A stretch of 64,000 nucleotides of DNA, taken from contig JBGCFQ010000020.1 in the NCBI GenBank assembly GCA_045106985.1, forward strand, positions 227,897 through 291,896. Direction: 5' to 3'. The translations under genes were made by a program, and so were the position numbers. This stretch comes from Pseudomonadales bacterium. Lineage in GTDB: Bacteria; Pseudomonadota; Gammaproteobacteria; Pseudomonadales; JAUIET01. Under the pieces are notes generated by a model that had not been told where the DNA came from, ran no database searches, and worked only from the letters and a program-made list of their open reading frames with translations. Below, piece by piece: positions 27,962 through 37,953 of this stretch (positions are counted from its first letter, which is position 1; each line of letters starts with the position of its first letter).

Positions 27962-30900
27962 AGCCTATTATCAGCTGGTTTGTCGACAACCCTGTCGCAG
28001 CAAACCTCCTTATGTGGATTTTGGTGATCGGCGGGCTGGTCTCTATCCCATCAATATTGATCGAAGAGTTTCCAACCGTCGACCCGCGCATCGTTCAGGT
28101 GACTGTACCCTACCCCGGTGCCGCGCCTGAAGAAGTTGAAAGTGGCGTTTGCCAACGCCTTGAAGAAGCAGTTGACGGCATCCACGGCGTAGAGAAACTT
28201 GATACCCGTGCTTACGAAGGCCAATGCGTTCTAATGATCGAATTGACTCAGGAAGCAAACAGCGGTCGGGTTACAAGCGATGTTGAAGCGCGAGTGAATG
28301 CAATTACCACCCTTCCTCGCGACACCGAACGCCCTATTGTCTCAGAGATGGTTATTGTCGCCACCGTTGTCAATATGGCCCTATCTGGCCCGATTCCGGC
28401 TCGTCAGTTAAAAGAGATTGGTGAGCAAATTCGCGACGACATTGCGGATCTGCCTGAAGTTTCACAGGTTGACCTACAGTTTACACGCCCTTATGAAATA
28501 TCGGTTGAAGTGTCGGAGCATACGCTGCAACGCTATGGCCTCACACTAAGCCAGGTAGCGTCAGCAATTAACGACGGCTCGCAAGATATTCCCGGCGGCA
28601 CCCTGAAAAGTGCTGACGGCGAAATTCTTTTGCGCTCTATAGGCCAAGCCTACACAAGCCAGCAGCTTGAAAAAATCGCCATCAAAACCATGCAAGATGG
28701 CACCACGGTGACGCTCGCTGATATTGCCGATATCAAAGATGGTTTTGTGGAGAGCGAACTAGACTTTCAAGTCGACCGCAAACCCGCTGTCATGCTAAAA
28801 GTATCTCGAACCGGAGATGGCAATCTGCTGCGTATAGCTGATCGCGTCAAAGACTACATCGCGCTGAAGCAACCTCAGTTGCCTCAGGGTGTTACATTCG
28901 AAGTATGGAAAGATGAATCACGGGATCTAGTCGATCGCTTGCGCGTACTTGGACGAAATGCTGGCGGCGGACTGCTGTTGGTATTACTTGTGCTCGCGTT
29001 GTTTCTTCAGCCGCGAATAGCATTTTGGGTAGCCGTTGGGCTACCGATTGCCATGATCGGTACTTTATTGCTGTTCCCGGCCTTCGACGTATCCATTAGC
29101 ACCATTTCCATTATGGCGTTCATTTTGGTTCTTGGAATACTGGTGGACGACGCCATTGTGGTTGGCGAACGTGTCCACGCCTTTGAGGCACGCGGCTATT
29201 CCCTAAGAGATGCCGCGGTATTAGGTACCCAGGAAGTTTCGGTGCCAGTGATTTTTGGCGTATTCACCACTATGGCAGCATTCATGCCGCTGGTGCTGTC
29301 AAGCAGCGGCATGAGTGCTTTTCTTCAGGCGCTTGGGGTTACTGCAATAATTGCCCTACTGCTGAGCATCGTCGAATCCCAAATGATTCTTCCCGCTCAT
29401 CTCGCACATCGGCGCAGCAAAAGTAGAGCAAACTCTAGCAGCGCAGATTCGCCCCCTGGGCGCTGGGCAGAGCTTCAAACAAAAATGGAGCAAGGGATGC
29501 GACGCTTTGCCAAGCAGCGCTACCTACCATTGTTGAAGAAAGCATTGTATTGGCGCTACCTTACAATCTCTATTGCGCTGTCCATTGTTATATTGGTAAT
29601 GGCCGTCTTTATGAGTGGTCGTGCCGTGTTCCAGTTCTTTCCCTCAGTAGAATCCGACCGGGTCTATGCCACATTAGTTCTCCCTGCCGGCACTTCGTTC
29701 TCTGTTCTGGAGAGAGAGGCAAACAAAATTCAAGAGGCTGCATATCGCCTGAAGGAGGAGCTGGACGCCCAGCAGGACGAAGAGATGCCCTCGAACATAC
29801 GACGAGTATTGCGTGCAATTGGTGGTCAGATATCTCGTGGTTCAATTGATTTACCCAGCGATGGTGGGTCAGCGAACTATGCCGAGGTGGTACTAGAGCT
29901 ATTGCCATACAATGAGCGACACTCGCTCTCGCCGTCTGAAATTGCGCGCCGGTGGCGCGAGCTTACACCTCCGATAACCGACACAATTGCGCTGAATTTC
30001 ACGGCAAATTTTTTCAGCCTCGGCGATCCTATCGATATTCAGTTGCGCGGTGATAATTCTGCGGACTTACAGGCGGCAGCCGAGATGGTAAAGGCTGGCC
30101 TGCTAGGCTTTGAAGGGGTTGTCGACATTGTCGATAGCTTTCGTTCTGGAAAGCAGGAAATTCAATTCAAGCTTAAAGATGAAGCGCGTCACTTGGGCAT
30201 AAACATTGGACAATTGGGCCGGCAAATACGCAACGCCTACTATGGCGAAGAAGCCCAACGCGTGCAGCGTGGTCGCGAAGATGTGAAAATAATGGTTCGC
30301 CACCCTGCATCAGAAAGACGCTCGTTGGCTGATTTACAGAATATGCGGATAAGAACGCCCAATGGAGAAGAAGTTGCTCTAGGCAATGTGGCTGACCTTC
30401 AGCTAGGCAGAGGGTTTTCAAGTATCAAGCGGCTGGACGGTAAGCGCTTGGTGTCAGTTACCGCAGATGTAGACCGAAATTTACTCGAACCGGAGAGAGT
30501 TATAGCGTCTTTGGAAGCAAACATTCGACCTGCTATTGAGGAGCGTTTTCCTCGTATTGAGTACTCATTAGGTGGCGAAGCAGAAGAGAGTGCAGACTCG
30601 GTCAACGAGTTAGCTCAATATACACTGCTTGCTTTATTACTCATTTACGCACTGTTGGCTATACCACTGCAGTCTTACAGCCAACCTCTGATAATAATGA
30701 GCGTTATTCCGTTTGGCGCCGTCGGGGCTATTCTTGGCCATTTGATCATTGGTGAGCCGCCTGTTTTCTTCTCATTACTGGGCATCGTTGCACTGTCTGG
30801 CGTGGTTATTAACAGTAGCCTCGTGTTGGTAGATAATGTTAACCGCATACGCCGCCGCGGCGTTGACGCATTCGAGGCCGTTGCTGAAGCCGGTGTAGAG

Positions 30901-31140
30901 CGTTTTCGGCCCATTGTTCTTACGTCGCTGACAACCTTTGTTGGCCTGGTTCCGCTTATTAGTGACAATAACCCTACCACCGCAATGATTATTCCGATGG
31001 CTGTATCACTGTCCTTCGGGGTGATTTTTGCTACCTTCATCACCTTGTTTCTTGTGCCCTGCCTCTATTTAATAATGTCGGAAGCTTCTAGCGACTACAC
31101 TGCACCTGACCCAGAGAAGAGCGCAATTGATCGAGCCTGA
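27958..31140 (+). CDS. RND efflux permease (AcrB/AcrD/AcrF family)
   Basis: NPVAANLL, GILVDDAIVVGE, RFRPIVLTSLTT; ATGA overlap with the MFP gene. Confidence 0.92.
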   Translation: MKPIISWFVDNPVAANLLMWILVIGGLVSIPSILIEEFPTVDPRIVQVTVPYPGAAPEEVESGVCQRLEEAVDGIHGVEKLDTRAYEGQCVLMIELTQEANSGRVTSDVEARVNAITTLPRDTERPIVSEMVIVATVVNMALSGPIPARQLKEIGEQIRDDIADLPEVSQVDLQFTRPYEISVEVSEHTLQRYGLTLSQVASAINDGSQDIPGGTLKSADGEILLRSIGQAYTSQQLEKIAIKTMQDGTTVTLADIADIKDGFVESELDFQVDRKPAVMLKVSRTGDGNLLRIADRVKDYIALKQPQLPQGVTFEVWKDESRDLVDRLRVLGRNAGGGLLLVLLVLALFLQPRIAFWVAVGLPIAMIGTLLLFPAFDVSISTISIMAFILVLGILVDDAIVVGERVHAFEARGYSLRDAAVLGTQEVSVPVIFGVFTTMAAFMPLVLSSSGMSAFLQALGVTAIIALLLSIVESQMILPAHLAHRRSKSRANSSSADSPPGRWAELQTKMEQGMRRFAKQRYLPLLKKALYWRYLTISIALSIVILVMAVFMSGRAVFQFFPSVESDRVYATLVLPAGTSFSVLEREANKIQEAAYRLKEELDAQQDEEMPSNIRRVLRAIGGQISRGSIDLPSDGGSANYAEVVLELLPYNERHSLSPSEIARRWRELTPPITDTIALNFTANFFSLGDPIDIQLRGDNSADLQAAAEMVKAGLLGFEGVVDIVDSFRSGKQEIQFKLKDEARHLGINIGQLGRQIRNAYYGEEAQRVQRGREDVKIMVRHPASERRSLADLQNMRIRTPNGEEVALGNVADLQLGRGFSSIKRLDGKRLVSVTADVDRNLLEPERVIASLEANIRPAIEERFPRIEYSLGGEAEESADSVNELAQYTLLALLLIYALLAIPLQSYSQPLIIMSVIPFGAVGAILGHLIIGEPPVFFSLLGIVALSGVVINSSLVLVDNVNRIRRRGVDAFEAVAEAGVERFRPIVLTSLTTFVGLVPLISDNNPTTAMIIPMAVSLSFGVIFATFITLFLVPCLYLIMSEASSDYTAPDPEKSAIDRA

Positions 31141-31191
31141 TCAAACTTCAATCATTGCTTTAATTACGACAAGATTTTTCAGTACGGTTAA

Positions 31192-32550
31192 ATGACTAGA
31201 AATTATTTCAATCAGCTGCCTTTTGTAACAACCTTGCTAAGCAGAGTTAGGCCCGCGCTACTGACATTCGCTATCGTTGCGAACGGGCTTTTCTGTCACC
31301 TTGTCAAAGCTGAGGACGTGACTGGCGTTGCACCGCGGGCAACACTTGAGAGCTCTCACACCACAGAAACATTAGCCGAAGAAGCACTTGGCAAGCTTGA
31401 ATACGGAGTTCACTATGTTTTCACACCCAACATCAAAGAGGGTGTAATAGACGTGGAACTTCAGCTCTCTAAACCCGAGCTGGTCAAATCAATTTCATTT
31501 CGCCACGACAAGCAGCGGCACAAAAATTTCAGTGGCGACGGTAAACTCAAGCGCTTCAAAAGCTCGATTCGCTGGGAGCCCGGTACTGGTGATGATGCTG
31601 CAGTGCTCCGTTATCAAGCCAAGGTGAGTCATGAACGAAATAAGGGCGGCTTCGATGCGCTAATGACCGCCGATTGGTCTATTTTTCGTGGTGACAATAT
31701 TGTCCCTACAGCCAAAGTACGCAGCCGCAAAGGCGCAAGCTCTGTCTCAACATTGAGTTTCGATTTACCACCCGAATGGACCAGTGTCGATATAGGCTGG
31801 CGTAAAATGAAGGACTGGCAGTTTCGCATTGATAATCCGGAACGACAGTTTGATCGACCGACAGGATGGATGATCGCTGGGAAATTAGGCTCCCGACGAG
31901 ACTTTCTGCAAGGCACAGAATTGTCGATAGCGGCACCACAAGGAAGTGACATGCAAAGGATGAATGCCCTTGCTTTAATAAACCTCGTCTGGCCTGAAGT
32001 TCAGCGAGCCTTCCAAAAACTGCCACCAAAGATTTTAATTGTGGCCGCAGGCGATCCGATGTGGCGTGGAGGTCTTTCTTCACCGAATTCTTTCTATGTT
32101 CATGCCGGGCGGCCTCTGATTAGTGAGAATGGCACAAGTACGCTGTTGCATGAGCTAAGCCATGTCATCACTCGAATTCGCGGCAGTAGCCAATCGGACT
32201 GGATTTCAGAGGGCTTAGCGGAGTTTTACTCAATAGAGCTGATGCTGCGCGCTGGGGCCATGAACCCAGCACGCCATAATAGAGTGCTAAAAAGCCTGGC
32301 TCGCTGGGGAGCAAAAGTCGATACCTTGCGCACTCGTTCGTCCTCCGGCGCTACGACGGCCAGGGCAGTATTGCTTATTCATCAGCTTGATATTGAATTA
32401 AGAAAAGAAAGTAATGGTCAATACTCAATTGACGACGTCACGCGTCAATTGATGGTCGAAAGAAAAGTCAGCAATAAGAAGTTGCGCACGATTGTTGAAA
32501 CCTTACTGGGTCGACCCTCGCAAGTACTTGCTACTCCTCTCCTCCGTTAA
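31192..32550 (+). CDS. Putative secreted gluzincin metallopeptidase (M61/M1-like)
   Basis: LLHELSH zinc motif followed by WISEGLAEFY; N-terminal signal-like segment. Confidence 0.65.
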   Translation: MTRNYFNQLPFVTTLLSRVRPALLTFAIVANGLFCHLVKAEDVTGVAPRATLESSHTTETLAEEALGKLEYGVHYVFTPNIKEGVIDVELQLSKPELVKSISFRHDKQRHKNFSGDGKLKRFKSSIRWEPGTGDDAAVLRYQAKVSHERNKGGFDALMTADWSIFRGDNIVPTAKVRSRKGASSVSTLSFDLPPEWTSVDIGWRKMKDWQFRIDNPERQFDRPTGWMIAGKLGSRRDFLQGTELSIAAPQGSDMQRMNALALINLVWPEVQRAFQKLPPKILIVAAGDPMWRGGLSSPNSFYVHAGRPLISENGTSTLLHELSHVITRIRGSSQSDWISEGLAEFYSIELMLRAGAMNPARHNRVLKSLARWGAKVDTLRTRSSSGATTARAVLLIHQLDIELRKESNGQYSIDDVTRQLMVERKVSNKKLRTIVETLLGRPSQVLATPLLR

Positions 32551-32727
32551 CATTTCTTTTGGTAACATTCTCGTTACCGTCATGCTAGAGCTCCGAAAGC
32601 CCCGCGAAATAGAAACACTTTAAGTTTCATGTTTATGTCATTGTTATTTATTCCTAAGTGCTCAATAAATTCGACGAACGGTGCTATAGCGCTTGCTTTA
32701 GGCATTGAATAGACTATTCTTCGGAAA

Positions 32728-32744
32728 TGTTACATATAGTAACA
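32728..32744. promoter_or_regulatory. Palindromic operator-like site
   Basis: TGTTAC-ATATA-GTAACA; a related GGTAAC-N6-GTTACC lies at 32561-32578. Confidence 0.4.
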
Positions 32745-32789
32745 AATGATTTAGCACACTATTGCTATTGCCATCCGCAGGAACATGAC

Positions 32790-33026
32790 ATGACACGCCC
32801 AACCATCGCCGCTATTGCGCTCGCTTTCTTTTGCAGCTCAGCAATCTCTGACGACGCAATCCCTCAGTCGCCGCTTACCCAGCCTGAGCTGTTGACCATC
32901 AAGTTAAGCGAGCAAACGGAAGAATTAGCCGAGGCGCGACTACGAGATAGCTCGGAGAACATTGAAGAACTCATACAAGAGCACGCTAAGGACAAGCGCG
33001 AACAGTTAGCCAGCACCGCAGAATAA
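32790..33026 (+). CDS. Small secreted hypothetical protein
   Basis: AGGA RBS, signal peptide MTRPTIAAIALAFFCSSAIS, acidic helical C-terminus. Confidence 0.55.
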   Translation: MTRPTIAAIALAFFCSSAISDDAIPQSPLTQPELLTIKLSEQTEELAEARLRDSSENIEELIQEHAKDKREQLASTAE

Positions 33027-33118
33027 ACACCTGCAAGCGCACTATTACCATCAATAGTTTCCGTTAGAGCCAGCGTCGCGTAGTATGATTTTTGCACCGC
33101 AATTTTCCAAGATTTACT

Positions 33119-33874
33119 ATGGAGTCCTCATCTGACGGACTTGCGCAACAGATAAATGTTCGCAAGACTGAATTTCTTTACTATCAAGCACCGTTCTCCT
33201 GCATCGGAAATGGTGTCGCACTGGCATTGATTCTCGCTGCTTACTGGAAAACCCTCCCACTGTTGCCTTTAGCATTATGGGCAACTGCAGCGACGATATT
33301 ACTGCTGGGCCGATGGCGCGGCGCTAAAGCCTTCAAAAAACGCGATCGCTACGCCGATATCTCGCAGTGGTACCAGCGCTACAACAACAATGCGACCTGT
33401 AATGGTCTTTCGTGGGGGGCATTAGTCGCATACGCCGCTAGCCAGCTTGCTGCGCCAGAATTAGTTGTATTGATGATGGTACTTGGCGTGCTTTTGACCG
33501 CGAGCAGCGTTGCCTACAATAGCTACATGCGCCTTTACTGTAACTTCGCTCTGCCAGCCGCACTCCCGGCAGCGTTATTACTTTTTAGCCGTGGCCAGCC
33601 TCAGGATACAGCTGTTGCAGCTGTGATAATCTGCTGGCTAATCCTGATGATATCGTTTGCTCATCAGGTCAGTGGCTACCTTGGCCGCACGGCGAGCTAT
33701 GAATTCACTAATATTGCGCTACTCAGAGAGCTTCATATCCAACAAGAGCACAGCCGTATTTTGCAGGAAGAAATCGAACTCAAGAGGCATATTATTGAAG
33801 CGCTTGCACAACGCGAACGGCAGCACTCCGGCCACTCAACAAGCCCTCGCTTCCCAGCGCCCCAGTTGCAATAG
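33119..33874 (+). CDS. Membrane protein resembling the multi-TM input domain of HK/GGDEF proteins, with no output domain
   Basis: About six TM segments (G..WG motif, FALPAAL) then a coiled-coil linker (NIALLREL) and stop. Confidence 0.6.
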   Translation: MESSSDGLAQQINVRKTEFLYYQAPFSCIGNGVALALILAAYWKTLPLLPLALWATAATILLLGRWRGAKAFKKRDRYADISQWYQRYNNNATCNGLSWGALVAYAASQLAAPELVVLMMVLGVLLTASSVAYNSYMRLYCNFALPAALPAALLLFSRGQPQDTAVAAVIICWLILMISFAHQVSGYLGRTASYEFTNIALLRELHIQQEHSRILQEEIELKRHIIEALAQRERQHSGHSTSPRFPAPQLQ

Positions 33875-34054
33875 CACTGAGCACCAGCCAATCAAATAAT
33901 AATCAGCTGCTCAAGCAGTGTACTAAAGTTACCAAATCCAGCACACGCATAGAATATGTTTCAAGAAGTGCTTGTTAGTGACTGTTAAATATGGAATTAT
34001 CCATTTAGCCCCATCCAAATGTTGTAGTGGGCTGGCAGTAATAAGAGGCTAACA

Positions 34055-34720
34055 ATGGCACGATTGAGATTTCAAGTCTGGCTTGATATACGTGAAATGC
34101 AGGCAGAAGATCTAGCTCGCATAGTAGGAGTATCAAACCAGGCCGTTCACCGCTGGTTAAAACATGGAATACCAAGGGCACGAGTTGCTAATGTTGCGAA
34201 CGCGTTGAGTATTGAGCCCAGCGAGCTCTATCGTTTCGTTGATACGGACATCGCTTCTGAATTAGTGGACTACTCGCAGGAGTCTAATAATCAGAAGCGC
34301 CGCTTTCTGCGAAGAACAAAAGTTGACACAACGGCGGCCAACAGCAGTGGCGGTGCTTACGTGGATGAAGCTCGCGCCCCCCTTCCCTCAAGCGCTGACT
34401 CCCACGGCAACAATAGCCGTAACGATGCAAGTAGTGTTGTGTTCGCCGATCGCCGCAAATTAGTGGATCGACGACGACATCAATCTCGTAGCACCAGCAC
34501 GCCCAGTAGGCGTGCAACTCTGGACCGCAGAGACACTCGATATAGAAATGCGCAAAGTGAATTGTGGTGGCTTAAAGTTGATTATTTAGATGGCCAATTT
34601 GAGGAAGGGGTGATGCCCGGCAGCTACGAAACCACCGAGCACAACAATTTTGAAGAAATAACGCTGGACGACGTTACACTAGATCTTGAAACACAGCTGA
34701 CTGGCACAGATTCTGATTAA
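34055..34720 (+). CDS. XRE/Cro-like HTH regulator with a C-terminal DRR-repeat region
   Basis: QAEDLARIVGVSNQAVHRWLKHGIP HTH; FADRRKLVDRRR...SRRATLDRR; GAGG RBS. Confidence 0.7.
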   Translation: MARLRFQVWLDIREMQAEDLARIVGVSNQAVHRWLKHGIPRARVANVANALSIEPSELYRFVDTDIASELVDYSQESNNQKRRFLRRTKVDTTAANSSGGAYVDEARAPLPSSADSHGNNSRNDASSVVFADRRKLVDRRRHQSRSTSTPSRRATLDRRDTRYRNAQSELWWLKVDYLDGQFEEGVMPGSYETTEHNNFEEITLDDVTLDLETQLTGTDSD

Positions 34721-34913
34721 TAACAGACAGCTGCCACCTGATTTACGCATCTGCGTAGCCGAATGTCTAAGGCAGCGGTTTGCTTGATGTCCATCGAGCA
34801 TGCCAACTTTCGCCACTAACTAACGCTGGACAAAGGCTGGTGCTTTTCTGCACACTTGTCGGAAAATAGACGCGGCACTGAAGTCGCCCGATCCACCTAC
34901 ATATTAAGAACCA

Positions 34914-36116
34914 ATGAAATCCGATAATATTCTGACCGGTATTCGTGTGCTGGACGTTGGAAGCTGGGTAGCTGCACCCGCCGCCGCTACTGCTATGGCT
35001 GATTTTGGCGCTGACGTAATCAAAGTAGAGCAGCCGGGAGGCGACCCTTTCCGAAACTTTATGGGGATACCAGGCTTTCCTGTTACAGAAGACAATTACC
35101 CATGGCTGCTTGTTGGCCGAAACAAGCGCAGTCTTGTTCTCGACCTGAAAAGTGACGAAGGCTACGAAGCCTTATGTCGCCTGATTGAGACAGCAGACGT
35201 ATTCCTAACAAATTACCCGCCTGAGGTTCTCAAAAGACTAAAGGTGCGCTACAGCGATGTGGCCGCACTAAACGACGAATTAATCTATGCACAACTATCG
35301 GGCTACGGTGAAGAAGGCCCAGATGCAAATCAGGCTGCGTTTGACCGAAGCGCGTGGTGGGCGCGCTCCGGAATGATGGATCTAGTGCGCTCTGGAGATT
35401 CTCCACCAGCCGCTGGTGCGCCGGCCTGGGGCGACTATGCCACATCAACTTCTGTGTTTGCTGGCATCATGATGGCCCTGTTTCGCAGGGAACGAACTGG
35501 CAAGGGCAGCAAGGTTTCTACATCGCTGCTTGCCAATGGTGTTTGGTCTAACTCGATGATGCTTCAAGCCTTACTCTGTGGCGGGAAAACAGCCTACGAA
35601 CCACCAAGGGCACAAAATCCTATGCCTCTTGGCGTTCCTTATCAGTGCCAGGATAAGCGCTGGTTTTACCCATGGATCTTTGACGTACAGGGTCAGTGGG
35701 TCTATTTCCTCACTGTGCTGGGTTGCTCGAGCATGCTAGACGATCCTCGTTTTGCCAGCGCTGAAGCCTGCCATGCGAACGCGACTGCCACGATAGAGCA
35801 TTTGGATGACATTTTCGCAAGCAAAACATGGGCGGAATGGAAGACCGTTTTTGATACCTATGACATACAATACCTCCCAGTAGCCGCGCCAGAGGAAACG
35901 CTCAAGGACCCTCAGCTGCATGAAAATGCAATGCTGGTGGACCTTCCTTCTGGTCGTTTTAATGCGGCTCAGACCGTTAGCAGTCCGCTGCAGGTAGAAG
36001 GCGTTAGTAAACTAACGCCCCGCCCTGCGCCAGAAATCGGGCAAGACAGCCGAGATGTTTTGGCAGAGGCCGGATTTGATGCTGATGAAATTGCCGCAAT
36101 ACTTGGAGCTAGCTAA
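34914..36116 (+). CDS. CoA-transferase family III (CaiB/BaiF)
   Basis: LTGIRVLD, AAPAA..MADFGADVIKVE, RNKRSLVLDLK, ADVFLTN, SGYG..GP, GDY. Confidence 0.92.
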   Translation: MKSDNILTGIRVLDVGSWVAAPAAATAMADFGADVIKVEQPGGDPFRNFMGIPGFPVTEDNYPWLLVGRNKRSLVLDLKSDEGYEALCRLIETADVFLTNYPPEVLKRLKVRYSDVAALNDELIYAQLSGYGEEGPDANQAAFDRSAWWARSGMMDLVRSGDSPPAAGAPAWGDYATSTSVFAGIMMALFRRERTGKGSKVSTSLLANGVWSNSMMLQALLCGGKTAYEPPRAQNPMPLGVPYQCQDKRWFYPWIFDVQGQWVYFLTVLGCSSMLDDPRFASAEACHANATATIEHLDDIFASKTWAEWKTVFDTYDIQYLPVAAPEETLKDPQLHENAMLVDLPSGRFNAAQTVSSPLQVEGVSKLTPRPAPEIGQDSRDVLAEAGFDADEIAAILGAS

Positions 36117-36153
36117 GCCAGCATCCGACAATCGCCAACACTGAGGAGATAAA

Positions 36154-37008
36154 GTGACCGACTATAGCTTTGAAGCCACTGCAAAATCGTTCGATGCGCC
36201 AGCTGGAAAAATACATTACAACGAAGCCGGTTCAGGTCCTGCTCTATTGCTACTCCATGGCTCTGGCCCTGGTGTTACCGGCTGGGAGAATTTTTCAGAC
36301 ACCCTAGCCAGCTTTGTAGGCGAATATCGATGCATTGTTCCTGACTTTCCTGGCTATGGCGCCAGCGACTCAGTTGATGGCAATCCAATTGAGGTATGCG
36401 TGCAGTCAGTGATCGCCTTAATGGACGGTCTTGGAATCGAGAAAGCCCATATCATTGGTAATTCTCTAGGCGGAATCGTAGCCGGCCTGTTTGCTGCTTA
36501 TAACCCAGATAAAGTGGACAAGTTCGTTTCAATCGGCGGTTTAGGTATAAACATCTTTTCTTCCTTTCCGGCAGAGGGGCTTGTGCGTCTGAGTCAATTT
36601 GCTGAGAATCCTACGCGCGAACATATCGTTGCCTGGCTCAATTCGATGGTCTACGACCGCGCAATAGTAACCGATGAGTTGGTTGATCGCAGAATGCGCC
36701 AAGCCACTGAAAGCAAAACTCTGGAGACCACTCGTGTTCTATACTCCCAAGCTTCTCTAGACGGCATGCAACAAATGTTTTCTGGCCCTGACGCCACCCA
36801 ACGTTTAGCCCACCTCAGCTCCATAACAGCGCCCACGCTGCTAACCTGGGGCCGTGAAGACAGAGTTACCCCTATCGATATGGCTTTGCTGCCTATGAAA
36901 CTGATCCCAAATTGCGAATTGCATGTATTTCCCAAGTGTGGCCACTGGGCCATGATCGAACGCAAACACGAGTTTGAGTCAGTTGTGAGAGCCTTTCTTG
37001 CTCGTTGA
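36154..37008 (+). CDS. Alpha/beta hydrolase, meta-cleavage product hydrolase (HsaD/BphD-like)
   Basis: LHGSGPG, GNSLGG nucleophile elbow, WGREDRV, CGHWAMIE; GTG start behind GAGGAG. Confidence 0.88.
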   Translation: MTDYSFEATAKSFDAPAGKIHYNEAGSGPALLLLHGSGPGVTGWENFSDTLASFVGEYRCIVPDFPGYGASDSVDGNPIEVCVQSVIALMDGLGIEKAHIIGNSLGGIVAGLFAAYNPDKVDKFVSIGGLGINIFSSFPAEGLVRLSQFAENPTREHIVAWLNSMVYDRAIVTDELVDRRMRQATESKTLETTRVLYSQASLDGMQQMFSGPDATQRLAHLSSITAPTLLTWGREDRVTPIDMALLPMKLIPNCELHVFPKCGHWAMIERKHEFESVVRAFLAR

Positions 37009-37055
37009 CAGCATCAACCTACTTCTATATTCGACACACATTACGGAGCATAAGT

Positions 37056-37919
37056 ATGCGATTCCACTTTCAAATCGGCATGTGCGACTCAGACCACTAT
37101 CTGCCACTAGCCAAAGCTGTTGAGGCAGCTGGGTACCACGGTGTCACTGTTCCGGATAGCATTTGTTACCCGAAAGAAGCGAGCTCAAAGTATCCCTACA
37201 ATGCAGATGGAAGCCGTGAATTTCTAGAAACGGTTCCGTTCATAGAGTCACTCATTGCAGTAACCGCTATGGCTGCGGTCACAGAACGACTGCGCTTCGC
37301 CACCTTCGTTTACAAGCTTGCTGTTCGCCAGATTGCAGGCGTTGCAAAGCAAGTACAAGGGATTCAGGCCATCAGCAACAATCGCTTTGATTTTGGCGTT
37401 GGCATCAGTCCTTGGGAGGAAGACTTCGCTGTGATGCAAACGCCATGGGAAAAACGTGGCAAACGGCTCGATGAGCAGATGGACATTCTTCGCGGTTTGG
37501 AAACGGGAGAATATTATGGATTTGAAGGCGAGCTGCACTCTATGCCCGCCAATCGTATGCGCCCCGTGCCCAGCCAACGAACACCATTGTTAGTAGGTGG
37601 TCACTCAAAGGTAGCTCTTAACAGAGCCGCTTTAAAGGGCGACGGTTGGATGTGTGCAGGAGCCGAAACAGATCAACTGCAATCGTATATTGAACAACTC
37701 AAAGAGTTACGCAAGCAGCACGGCACGGAACATAAACCTTTCTCTATCTACGCTGGAAGCGCTGAAGGCTTTAGCAAAGAGGGTATTGCGACATTAGAAG
37801 CTATTGGTGTCACAGACCTGATAGTAGGCTTCAGAGACCTGTACGCGATGCAGCCAGATCACACATTGGAAGAGAAAATAGAGATGCTCGAAGGGTATGC
37901 TTCACACTTTATTGTTTGA
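37056..37919 (+). CDS. Luciferase-like monooxygenase (LLM) class oxidoreductase, F420-dependent-like
   Basis: PDSICYP..SKYPY, AMAAVTERLRF, RFDFGVG, RGKRLDE, PLLVGG.S..A..RAA..GDGW. Confidence 0.85.
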   Translation: MRFHFQIGMCDSDHYLPLAKAVEAAGYHGVTVPDSICYPKEASSKYPYNADGSREFLETVPFIESLIAVTAMAAVTERLRFATFVYKLAVRQIAGVAKQVQGIQAISNNRFDFGVGISPWEEDFAVMQTPWEKRGKRLDEQMDILRGLETGEYYGFEGELHSMPANRMRPVPSQRTPLLVGGHSKVALNRAALKGDGWMCAGAETDQLQSYIEQLKELRKQHGTEHKPFSIYAGSAEGFSKEGIATLEAIGVTDLIVGFRDLYAMQPDHTLEEKIEMLEGYASHFIV

Positions 37920-37953
37920 TTTAGTATTGTTAGGGCTTTTATCACCGACAGAG

